Shown piece by piece: positions 34,346 to 64,000 of a stretch of 64,000 nt of DNA. The stretch's first letter is position 1; each line of letters starts with the position of its first letter. Below the pieces are notes generated by a model that was not told where the DNA came from, ran no database searches, and was given only the letters and a program-made list of their open reading frames with translations. The DNA is taken from positions 186,001 to 250,000 of the forward strand of contig CM074823.1 of NCBI GenBank assembly GCA_037447605.1, given 5' to 3'. The DNA comes from Zygnema circumcarinatum SAG 698-1b. Its lineage: Eukaryota > Plantae > Zygnematophyceae. The translations under genes and the position numbers were made by a program.

Positions 34346-35402
34346 TAGTTCCAAATTGTCATCCGTACACTCCTTCCGCCGAAGTCGTCGAGCCAATCCG
34401 ACAAATGCAATATAGTACGGACGCGTTTTTTTTGTCACGTGTACGCCTGACGCTGAGCTGTCAGATCCAACAAACTTCCCCTTCGGAATCCGGCCGCCTT
34501 CGGTTCAAGCCTGGCCGACCAGGGTCCACTCGGCGGACTCTGACTCGCCCACGTGGAAAAGCCAAAAAGGCCGTACAGTTTGATCTGTCTGGAACTGTGT
34601 TGGACGAACACAATTTTCTTGGATTTACTTATTCCACGTGGCAGTTTTTGGTTGGTTCTCATTTCAAGGACTTTTTCCCCTCAACCTTCGTCGCATGCTT
34701 TTCATTTCGAGAATTTTTCTTTTGAATATGCCAGCTAAGCCCTATATTCGACCAATGTGTACACACCACGTGGATAAGTTATCAACGTGGCGACTCCTCA
34801 TTGGATAAGACGCTTTGAACTTAAAGTTGTTGTCAGATTTCGCCAACCTTTTAAAAAATCAAAAAAAGTACTACGCAGCATCCTTGTTGTCATATCATCG
34901 AAGTTTTGATTCTGGTATAAAACTTAACGGCCAGTACTAATTCTGACGAGCCCCATTGTCCACACGTCCAGTACAGCGGACCCGGACACGCAATCTCGAA
35001 CCGGTATGTTCCGTTCACACGCTGTGAGCGGACTGCGCCCGCCGTCGTTGTCCCGCATGCGCGCGCTCCGATCCGGCGGTCGCGGCCGCCGGAACGCTCC
35101 GCTTCGGCCGCTTCCCACCCCTCCGCCGCCTTATAAGGCCCCTCCTCCCTCTCTCTTCACTACCGCCGCCACTACCACTACTACCACTCCCACTCCCACT
35201 CCCACTCCCACTACCACTACCACTACTACTACCAGTACCACTCCCACTACCACTACCACTACCACTACCACTTCCTCTCCCACACCCACTACCACCCCTA
35301 CACTACCACTTCGCTCCTGCTACCACGATCAAGGCTATACATTCTATTTCCTCTCGAATTACGCCTTCAAATATCGCAGGAAAGGAAGGAGGAGGTGGAA
35401 AA

Positions 35403-35441
<39 letters not shown>

Positions 35442-35464
35442 AGGGAGAGTGGGAGCAGGCAGGG

Positions 35465-47002
<11,538 letters not shown>

Positions 47003-48044
47003 CGCCGGCCGTAGCAGGAACATGCAATGAAGCGTCACGTCATGTAACGTCACGACATATTATCACGGGCCGAACTGCCTACCGTTGGAGGTGGACCTTT
47101 GCATGAAATGTGAACATGGGGTCGACATGGATGGAAATTAGATCCACAGGAACGATTATTTGCTTTATGAAAATGTACAAAATTTCGTTGACATTTTCTT
47201 TTATTCAAATTATTTAATTCTTTGAGGGCTTGTGGGGGCGTTGGCCCATGTAGTCCCTTTTTGCTTAGAAGGGATACAGGGCAGTAGCGAGGATGGTTAG
47301 GGTTTTTGAGGCGAGATATGGATTAGGGTTTTGTAGCAAAGTGTCGTGTTTAACCTTGTGGGTTTGAAACCCATGAAAGGAAGAAATTGTGAAAAAAAAA
47401 AAAAGGAACATACAAAGTGGGTGATTTCAAATCAAGGCTTTTGTTGACTTGAGTGCATCTTGAACTTGATTTTATGTCAATGGTCAACTCCATGCATACA
47501 TCCACGCATCCATCCATGCATCCATGGATGGGTCCTCGATGGGGCCAAACGACACCTCACATGTCGCGAATACGAGTGGGAAGCTGCCGATACGATACTG
47601 TACGAAAATATTGCTACCGTATCGGACTATCGATATGACATCTGTACCTTTCGACTCTCAGTTTCTTAGTACCGTACGGAGAAGGGCTCCTGTCAGCTGA
47701 TGGCATTTCCCACAAAACGCCAAACAACTTTCCAACTTTCTGTTTCTTTCTTCTGTCGAATTGCTTTTCGTACAGTTTCGTACAATAAAAAATCTCACAC
47801 TAGCAGGATCTCCGTTTGTTTGTGCCAGCATGTTCGGCACGTCAGCCCATTGTCCGGCGTGACGACCTGTGATTGGTCCACGTCAGCTGCCATGGATTCT
47901 GAGTTTTGCAACATGCAGGTAGTGTCCGTACCGCGTCGTACGGCTCTGACGCTGCCAGAACCCTCGGAAGGGCTGGCAGCAGCCCTGGCAGCCCTGAACC
48001 CTAAAACTCGGATTTTTTAAAGCGGGGGTCAAGCTCAGAGCGAC

Positions 48045-49468
48045 ATGGCGGGTCGGGTATGTACACAAGCACTAAATTTCTCTTTGTTTTTAAAATTATT
48101 TTTTATTATTCTTTTTAAGATTTGGAGTGCTTAGAGTCTTTAGAGCTCATCTACGGGTTTTTGGGTCTATTTGTAAAATTTTGAGTTTTGGGGTTTTGGG
48201 TTCTTGAGTTTTCCGAATTATAAGGGTTTTCTAAGCTTTGCTTTCTGCTTTGGATTTTTTGGGTTTGACGTCAAAGTGCTTTAAAATTTTAGGGTTTGCA
48301 AGATTTAAGTTTTAAGGTTCGCGGCTTTTCCACTTTCAGGAGAAAGATTTTGGGGTTTGTCCGATTAATAAGAATACTGGAAACTGATTTCCAGAACATT
48401 CTGGGTTTTCAGTAAAGCGTTTTCGGGTTTTTATGGTTTTTAGGGTTGTCCGCCCTCCCCACTGCCCCCAAGGTCTCGACCTCCCTAAATTTTAACCCCC
48501 CTCTCTCTCTCTTTCTCGCTCTCTCTCTCCCACCCTCCCTCTCCCTCCCTCTTTCTCTCTCTCCCTCCCCCTCTGTCTCTTTTTTTTCTCTCTCGCTTTC
48601 TCTCTCTCCCTCTTCCTCTCCCTTTCTTTTCTCTCTTTCTATCTCTCTGTATCTCTCTCTCTCTCTTCATCTTTCTCTCTCCCTCTCTTTCTCTATCTCT
48701 ATCTCCCTCACTATTTCCCTCTCTATTTCTCTTTCTATTTCTTTCTCTGTCCCTCTCTCCCTCTTCCCCCTCTCTCTCTATCTCCCTCCCTCCCCCTCTC
48801 CCTCTCTCTCTCTCCCCATCCCCCCCCCTCTCTCTCTCTCACTCTCCCTCCCTCTCTTTTTCCAGGGCGGTTCTCAGTTCAACGGCTACACGGGCATTTT
48901 CGACGACCTTTTGAAGGACAAGGGAGGCGCCAAGTACAGCGTCGCACGTGCGAACTTCGACAAAAAAGAGTCGGAGGAAACGAGGGCGGGAACGGAGACA
49001 ATTACGGAAACGGGCAACGATTGGGACGGAAATGAGGAGGAGAAGGGGAAGAAGGTGAAGGGAGGAGGGGCGAAAACTGAGGTGGGTCTCTCTCTCTGTC
49101 TCTCTCTCTCTCTCCCTCTCCCTCTCCCTCTCTCTCTCTCTCCCCTCTCTCCCTCTCGCTCCCTCCCTCTTCCTCTATCTTTTCCTCCCTCTCCTTCCAC
49201 CTCGTGTTTGCATGCCCCACCCGCTTCCTTTCCCTCGCTTCTCCCTTCCCCTCCCTCTATAGCCTTCTCTCTCTCTCACACACATACACTTCTCTCCCTC
49301 TTTCCCCATCCCTCCCCTCCCTCTCTCTCTCTTCCCCCCCCTCTCTCACTCCCTCTCTCTCTCCCGCCCCTCTCTCTCTCGTTTCTGTGATGTAACTATG
49401 GCTTATAACCTTGGCGGTTGCAGAAACAAGCGAGCGAGACCCCTGGTTGTGGCTGTGTACTTCTTTAA
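48045..49468 (+). CDS. Small (~90 aa) hypothetical protein ending in a CaaX motif (GCGCVLL*)
   Basis: Exons 48045-48056 (MAGR, gacATGGCG...CGG|gtatgt), 48866-49081 (GGSQFNGYTGIFDDLL...AKTE|gtgggt) and 49424-49468 (ttgcag|KQASETPGCGCVLL*). All junctions are phase 0. Exon 1 is the least certain. Confidence 0.6.
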
Positions 49469-50704
49469 ATCGGCAAATTAATTCTTTTTCTCGGGCAGAA
49501 GTTGGGGCTCGATAAAAAACTGACCGGAAAGGAAAACAAAAGCGAAAAATAAAAGAAGTGAAATAAAGGTTCTTATGAAGAACCTTTGTTTGCAGTGAAA
49601 ATTTTCGGCAGAAATAAAAGTTTTTATTTAGGAAGGACTTGAATAATTGAAGAGGAGAATGGGGGGCTGTAACTGGAATAAGATTTCTTTGTGTTTTGAG
49701 TTAAATGCTTGAGAAAGAAATAGAAAATGTTTTAGGTTTGATGGGAGTATGGAGGAGATAAAGAGGGAGAGGGAGAGGGGGAGGGAGAGGGAGTGGGAGA
49801 GAGAGGGAGACGAAGAGGAGAGGGGGAGAGAGAGAGTGAGGGAGGGAGGGAGAGGCGCAGTGCAAACGACTGTTGCATGGGGGATTCGGCAAAGTTAAAA
49901 GTGAACAATGTATAAAGGTTTCGTTTTTATTGAATGACTCTATTTTCTTTTTGCATATATTTTCACTCTTCTTTCTTTCCCTTCGTCCAATGATTGTTTC
50001 GGCGCGGATCCTCTGACTCCAAAAGATAACTCTGATGATTCACGACTTGTCAAAATTAAGACAAATTTGAACTCTGTTCAAAGTCAGTTGTTGACTTTGT
50101 GTAACTTAACCGGGAGGCGAGTTCCCAAAGAGGGAGAGTGGGAGAGAGGGAGAGAGGAAGAGTGGGAGAGTGGGGGAGAGGGAGAGTGGGAGTGGGGGAT
50201 AGGGAGGCAGAGAGTGGGAGAGTGGGGAGAGGGAGGGAGAGAGAGAAAGAGTGGGAGTGGGGGAGAGGGAGGCAGAGGGGGAGGGGGAAAGAGAGAGTGG
50301 GGGAGAGGGAGGCAGAGGGAGAGAGAGAGTGGGGGAGGGAGGCAGAGAGTGAGAGTGGGAGAGTGGGGGAGAGTGAGGCAGAGGGAGAGGGAGAGTCGGA
50401 GAGTGTGGGAGAGGGAGGCAGAGGGAGAAAGGGAGAAAGGGCGAGTGGGGGAGAGGGAAGCAGAGAGGGATAGTGGGAGAGAGGGTGGCAGAGTGGGGCG
50501 GGAGAGAGAGAGAGAGATAGGCACGACTTTATTATGTAAAAAAAATCGAACAGAACCATGAAGAAGAAAGGGGAAAGAATGCGTTTGGACCTAAAAAAAA
50601 ATCGGTAAGCAACCTAAACGAAAAACCTCATCTCAGCCGTCCATCCGCTCATTCCAATCGACCAATCGCAGCCGTCGGATCGACCCCACTGCCTCATCTT
50701 TCTA

Positions 50705-53283
50705 CTAGTCGTCGTCGTCATCAGAATCAGTACTCAGCCCTCCTCTCCGCACACTGCGGGAGGCCTCTCCCTTCGCCCTTTGCTGAGCACTGTTTCCGTC
50801 TTCAAGCAGGACTCCCCCCTTCACCAACCTTCTTTCCAAAACTTCCGTCGGAAAATCGTCTTTACCTCCCAACTGATCGAAACCCACCTGCGGAAAAACC
50901 AAAAACCAAAAACCAAAAACCAAAAACTAAAAACTAAAAGCAAAAACTAAACAACCAAGAAACTCAAAAACTTGAAACTGAAAATTTAGGCTAGAAGCTC
51001 AATTGGCCAAAACCCCAAAAAACAGAAATCCCAAAAAACTAGAAACTCAAAATTCAGAAGACCTGAAATTAAAAAAACCCAGAAAGTCAAATACTCATGA
51101 CCGCGAGAGAGAGAGTGGGAAAGAGGGGGAGTCGGAGGGAGGCAGGAAGAGGGGGGAGGGCGGAAGGGGGAGGAGGGGGGAGGGGGAGAGGNNNNNNNNN
51201 NGGGGGAGGGCGGAGAGGGGAGGAGAAAGGAGGGGGAGAGGGAGGGGGGAGGGGAAAGAGGGAGAGGGAGGGGGAAAGGCGAAGGGGGGAGGAGGGGGGA
51301 GGTGGAGAGGGAAGGGGGAGGGAGAGGGGAGGAAGAGGGAGTGGGGAGGGGGAGAGGCAGAGGGAAGGGGGAGGGAGGAGGGAGGAGGAGGAAGGTGGGG
51401 GTGAGGGATGGGAGCGGGGAGAGGGGAGAGGGAAGGGAAGGAAGGTGGAGGGGAGTGAGACGGGAAGTGAAAGGGGGAGAGAGAGAGATCTGAACTCACC
51501 ACATAGTCTTCAACTTTTGCGTTCAAAACGAGAGCGAGCGTGGGCAGTACGGTGATTTTTAGTTTTTCGGTCAAAAACGGACTTTTTTCGGCGTTGATTT
51601 TCACAAAAAGTGCTTCGATGTGGTCCTTGGCCAACGCTTCCAAGTGCTTGTCCAAAACCTAAAACTCCACAAAAAAAATTCCAAGAATTACATAAAGAAA
51701 TATACAAAGGAGGAAAACAACAAAGGTACACTGTTTAAAAAATACAATGTACGCCTTTTGAAGCACAAAATACCTAAACCCTTCGACCCCTTCAGCCCCA
51801 AACAACATTAAAAACTCAAAAACCCTAAACCTTAAACCCTGAATCTAAACCCTAAACCTAAACCATAAGCCTAAACCTTAAACCTAAAACCCTGAACCTA
51901 CAACCCTTAACCTAAACCCTCAATCTAAACCATAAACCTAAACCTAAACCGTAAACCTAAACCCTAAACCTAAAATTTAAACCTAAACCCTAAATTTAAA
52001 CCCAAAACCTAGAACCCTAAATCTAAACCCTAAACCTGAACCCTTAACCTAAACTATAAACCTAAACCGTAAACCTAAAACCCTAACCGTAAACCTAAAA
52101 CCCTAAACCTAAAACCCTAAACCTACAACCCTAAACCTAAACCCTAAACTTAAACCCTAAACTTAAACCCTAAACCTAAACCCTAAACCTAAAACCCTGA
52201 ACCCGAAAAAGTCACAAACCCTCACCTTACAAGGCCAATTTTCGCGATAAAAATGGCAAATCACACGATCACTCTCCTTCACTAATCCAAAAAAATCTTT
52301 TTCCGATTTGATTTCCGAATACACCCCGTGCCCTTTGCTGATCCATTCCTTTTTCCTGATCGCATTTTGCTTGAGCTGCTTCAAGCGCTGTTCGCGAATT
52401 TTTTCCAAATCGGAGTCATCGAGACGGTCAAGTTTGTGAAGCTGCTCGTCAAGTTGGTCCTCCACAGCCTGAGCCACAGAGAGGAGGCTGTGCTCGAGGA
52501 TCTGGGAGGGAGGGAGGGGAGGGAGGGGAGGAAAGGAGGGAGGGGAGGGAGGGAGGGAGGGGAGGGAAGGGAGGGAGGGGAGGGAGGGGAGGGAGGAAGG
52601 GGAGGGAGGGGAGGGAGGGAGGGGAGGAAGCGGCGGGAGGGGAGGGAGGCAGGAGGAGGGAGGGAGGGAGGAGGGAGGAGGGAGGAGGGAGGAGGAAGGA
52701 GGGAGGGAGGGAGGGAGGGAGGAAGCGGCGGGAGGGGAGGGAGGCAGGAGGAGGGAGGGAGGGAGGGAGGGAGGGAGGGAGGGAGGGAGGGAGGGAGGAG
52801 GGAGGGAGGGGAGGGAGGGAGGGAGGGAGGGAGGGAGGAGAGGGAGGGGAGGGAGGGAGGGAGGGAGGAAGGAGGGAGGGAGGAGGGAGGGAGGAAAGGA
52901 GGGAGGGAGGGGAGGAAGCGGCGGGAGGGGAGGGAGGCAGGGAGGGTGGGAGGGTTAGAAATTCCAAAGCTCAAAAGTAATTCAAAACTTTAGGGTTCAG
53001 AGTTTCCAGGGTTTAAAGAATTGAAGCTAAGATTTTTGGTTTTCAGTTTTGTAAGCTTAACCTGTGTGATTTTTAAAATCAGAGGGTTAAATGTATCGCT
53101 ATCGTATCTTGGGGTTGGCAGTTCGGGTTTGGGGTTTTAGGATTTAAATTTTAATATCAGGGTTGAAGGATTTGGGCTTGCGTTAGGGCATAGAATTAGC
53201 TTTCAGAGTTTGGAAAAAACAGGTCAGAAGGTTTAGTGTTCAGGGTTTAATATGGGGAGTTTACTCACCTTAGATGGATCCAT
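50705..53283 (-). CDS. TXNDC9: Thioredoxin domain-containing protein 9 / phosducin-like protein 3 (210 aa)
   Basis: Exons 53283-53269, 52501-52226, 51658-51500, 50887-50705, all phase 0. MDPSKILEHSLLSVAQAVEDQLD...GHGVYSEIKSEKDFF...RVICHFYRENWPCK|VLDKHL...FVKINAEKSPFL...VLPTLAL...DYV|VGFDQLGGKDDF. Confidence 0.95.
51812..52200. repeat. Degenerate telomere-like (CCCTAAA/CCTAAA)n tract in TXNDC9 intron 2
   Basis: About 390 bp of AAACCCT/AAACCT units. Confidence 0.9.
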
Positions 53284-53771
53284 TGCATTCCACAGAGAGA
53301 GTGAGGGAATTAGAGAGAGAGAGAGGAAGCGAGAAAGGGAGATATAAAGATAGAGCGAGAGGGAGAGAGTGAGGGAGAGAGAGAGAGAGAGGAAACGGGA
53401 GAGGGAGATTTATAGTTAGAGCAAGAGAGAGAAAGAGAGAGTTGAGAAGAGAGGGAGGGAGGGAGAGTAGGGGAAGAGGGGAAGAGTGACAGACTGTAGG
53501 GATCGTACAAGAAGTACGGTCTTCCCACTATGACGGATTCCGGCGTACAAACTGACTGACCCGACGGATTCAGGACTTGACCGTACCCACGTTTTCAGTT
53601 CAGTTGTACGACTGTGCTACTGAATCTGCTACAGTTGCTGTTTGGGCAACCGACTGTTTGTCGTTTTGCAGAGAATTGAATAGGATTATCCGTACTATCC
53701 ACATGAGCGTCCGTACATATCCTTACAGTTGGCAGTTATGGGCGCTACGAAGCGTTATCAGCTACAGTTCC
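53284..53771. promoter_or_regulatory. Short divergent (bidirectional) promoter region between TXNDC9 and PAT
   Basis: The inferred head-to-head start codons are only ~490 bp apart. This depends on the PAT exon-1 model. Confidence 0.5.
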
Positions 53772-61767
<7,996 letters not shown>

Positions 61768-63199
61768 AAACGCAATTTTTTGCAAACCCTAATTCCAAAA
61801 AGTATTTGTACCCCAAGTTATGAACTTGGTTTCGAGAAATGTGATTTAACTATGTGTCTTTTTGACAGAGAGATGGAGAGATGGAGAGGGTCTTGAACCC
61901 TGAAAAAATTTTGTACTAAGGAAATCTATAAACCCTAACAAAGAATTCAAAAAATTTCAAGCCTTTCTATGGTTCAAGTTAAGAACTATTTAGCGCTAAA
62001 CTGAGAATCACATAATTACGTCATCTATAACTGAATAGCATATAAATAGAAAAAAATTACATAGAAATTGGTCCCAAAATTGTCACTAAAAAAAATTGTT
62101 CAAACTCGGAACCCAATATCAACTTAATTCATTATTTTTCTGGAAGTCGGTTTCAACCGCGAAACCAGGTTTCTGGTTTTTCCCCAAAAACCCGGTTTGC
62201 ACTTTTCAACTCTCCCTCTTCAACATCCCTTTTCAAATTTAACATTTATGGCTTCAAAATCTATTTTTCGACGCTATACCCCATTTAGACCCGTCCGTTG
62301 GCCCCCTTCAAACTTATTTTTTGCCTGAACCACATTGTACCAAAAGTCAAAGGGGTACCTATAGACCATTTGTACCCCTTTGACCGTTTGTCGTTACTTA
62401 GGGCCCGCCCTGTCGCGCCCTTCAAATTGGCCGCGCTTTCATTTCCGTTCAAGAGGAGCGCTCCGGCGGGCAGGTCTGAAATTTACCGGTGGGTTCCGGG
62501 CAGGAGACAAACTTTACTCTTCCGGTGACGGGCAGGAGACGAAACGTCTCGATTGGAGTACGGCCAAGCGTCGATTTTCAGCTCGGTAGCATCGGACAGG
62601 CGCGCGGTCAGGTAAAAAACATTTCAGTTGACCACGGGCAGAGAAATGAAATTACGGCTTCGCTCTCGCGCGCTCGTCCTCCCTCTCCCTCTCCCTCTCC
62701 CTCTCCCTCTCCCTCTCCCTCCCGCTCTCGCTCCCTTTCCCCTCTCACTCCCTCTCCCTATGCCTCTCCCATTCACCCTCACCCTCTCTCACTCTCCTTC
62801 TACCTCTCCCTTTCCCTCTCCCTGTCCCTTTTCCTCCCTTCCCCTTCCCCTTCTCCTTCCCCTCTCTCCCACTCCCACTCCCTCTCCCTCTCCCTCTCCT
62901 TCTCCCTTTCCCTCTCCCACTCCCTCTACCTCTCCCTCTCCCTATTCCTTCCTTTTCCTTCCCCTTCCCCTCCCCTTCTCCTTCCCCTCTCTCCCACTCC
63001 CTCTCCCTCTCCATCTCCCTTTCCTTCTCCCTCGTCCTCCCTTCCCCTTCCCCTTCCCCTTCTCCTTCCCCTCTCTCCCTCTCCCTCTCCCTCTCCCTCT
63101 CTCTCTCTCCCCCCACCCTCTGTCTTCCTCCCGCATTCTGCAATTACTTTTCATGTCAGTTTTTGATTCATTTCTCCGTTTTACTGAACTTCTGCAGAC

Positions 63200-63990
63200 A
63201 TGGAGACATCCGCAGCGAGTGATTTCCGCCCAACCGGAGTTGAGAATTTCACAAATCCAAAGTAAAAAGCAAAACTGCAACCAACACCATTTTCAGAAAC
63301 CCTAAAAACCAATCGCCTGCTATCAAAATAAAATGCATGCAACTTCAGTATAAACTGAAACGGAAACAGAACTGCATAGAACATCGATTGGAACGGAAAC
63401 AGGTAAAACCCAATAAAACGGAACGAAATGGAATTGAACGGAACGGAACGAAACGGAACGGAACGGAACGGAACGGAATTGAACGGAGCTAGCTCCTTCA
63501 CAAAGCACACTAAATTTTCGATTTTTTCTTTCTAACTTTCTTTTTTTTGTTTTTTTAACAGGGAATGCATGGAAGATGACGTGGATTTTGGGCTCCGCGA
63601 AAGGCGGTCGTCTCTTTCCGCCATTAAAACTTTTTCCCTTTTTGGACCGAACAGTCCACGTGCCCTCCGGGAAGGCGACGATGCGGAAAACGACAAGACT
63701 GGAAATGAGGAAGAAGACGAAGAAGAAGAAGAAGACGACGAAAGTCGGGAAAAATCGAATTATTTCGATACTGAACAAATTTTGAATGAATTTCTTTCCG
63801 AGAATATCGACGAGAACTTTTTTAAAGACGAGAATTCTGAAGTGGATTTGAAAGGGAAATCTGAGGCGAATTTTCCGGAAAATTTTAATAACAAAAATGG
63901 TCCCTATCGGCACCGAGCTATAAGTCGGTGCAGTCTTTCAATGGCGAATTCTTTTTTGGATCGGACCGTCTCCAGATCCCGCCATTCAAG
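63200..63990 (+). CDS. 5' part of an unknown acidic protein; probably continues beyond the window
   Basis: Exon 63200-63261 (METSAASDFRPTGVENFTNP, phase-2 donor) joins the acceptor at 63562 in frame with ECMEDDVDFGLRERRSSLSAIKTF...EEEDEEEEEDDE. A possible donor gtgcgt lies just before the TGA at 63995-63997, and a likely upstream (5'UTR) exon ends at 62610. Confidence 0.55.
63405..63487. repeat. (GGAAC)n pentamer repeat
   Basis: Seen directly in the intron at 63262-63561. Confidence 0.9.
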
Positions 63991-64000
63991 TGCGTGATAA

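Noticed and set aside
35006-35464. In-frame 153-aa Thr/Pro-rich extension upstream of the glycoprotein ATG
   Set aside because: It spans a TATA-like TTATAA (~35131) and ACC/ACT and GA microsatellites, and it would bury the signal peptide. More likely promoter and 5'UTR.
47892-47918. Alternative first exon MDSEFCNMQ for the CaaX protein
   Set aside because: It is phase-compatible but sits directly after promoter-like ATTGG/CCACGTCA motifs. The 48045 ATG has better context and a stronger donor. It is not fully excluded.

Overview
Eukaryotic, intron-rich, plant-lineage DNA with GT-AG introns, Arabidopsis-type TTTAGGG repeats and very abundant (GA/CT)n tracts. A streptophyte green alga is my inference; the taxon cannot be proven from the sequence. 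Most ORFs in the track are microsatellite noise, and the real genes only appear after manual splicing. I reconstruct eight spliced genes: (1) a divergent EXO70 (-); (2) a protein with three PTM/DIR17-type Tudor domains and an AT-hook-like motif (-); (3) a ~900-aa bHLH factor with mixed LRL/RSL-HEC features (-); (4) a large secreted chimera of signal peptide, GGAI/FxxN beta-helix repeats, Ser-Pro extensin and Root_cap domain (+); (5) a ~90-aa CaaX-terminated orphan (+); (6) TXNDC9/phosducin-like 3 (-); (7) prephenate/aspartate aminotransferase (+); (8) the 5' part of an unknown acidic protein (+). The first ~5.8 kb are decayed retroelements (Ty3/gypsy pol and a CRE-like non-LTR fragment). There are three MITE-like elements, several interstitial telomere-repeat tracts and several CATG/CACGTG-cored intronic satellites. 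Three duplications flank 10-N gaps and are probably assembly artefacts. No rRNA, tRNA or CRISPR was recognised. All exon coordinates were derived by hand and need RNA-seq confirmation.
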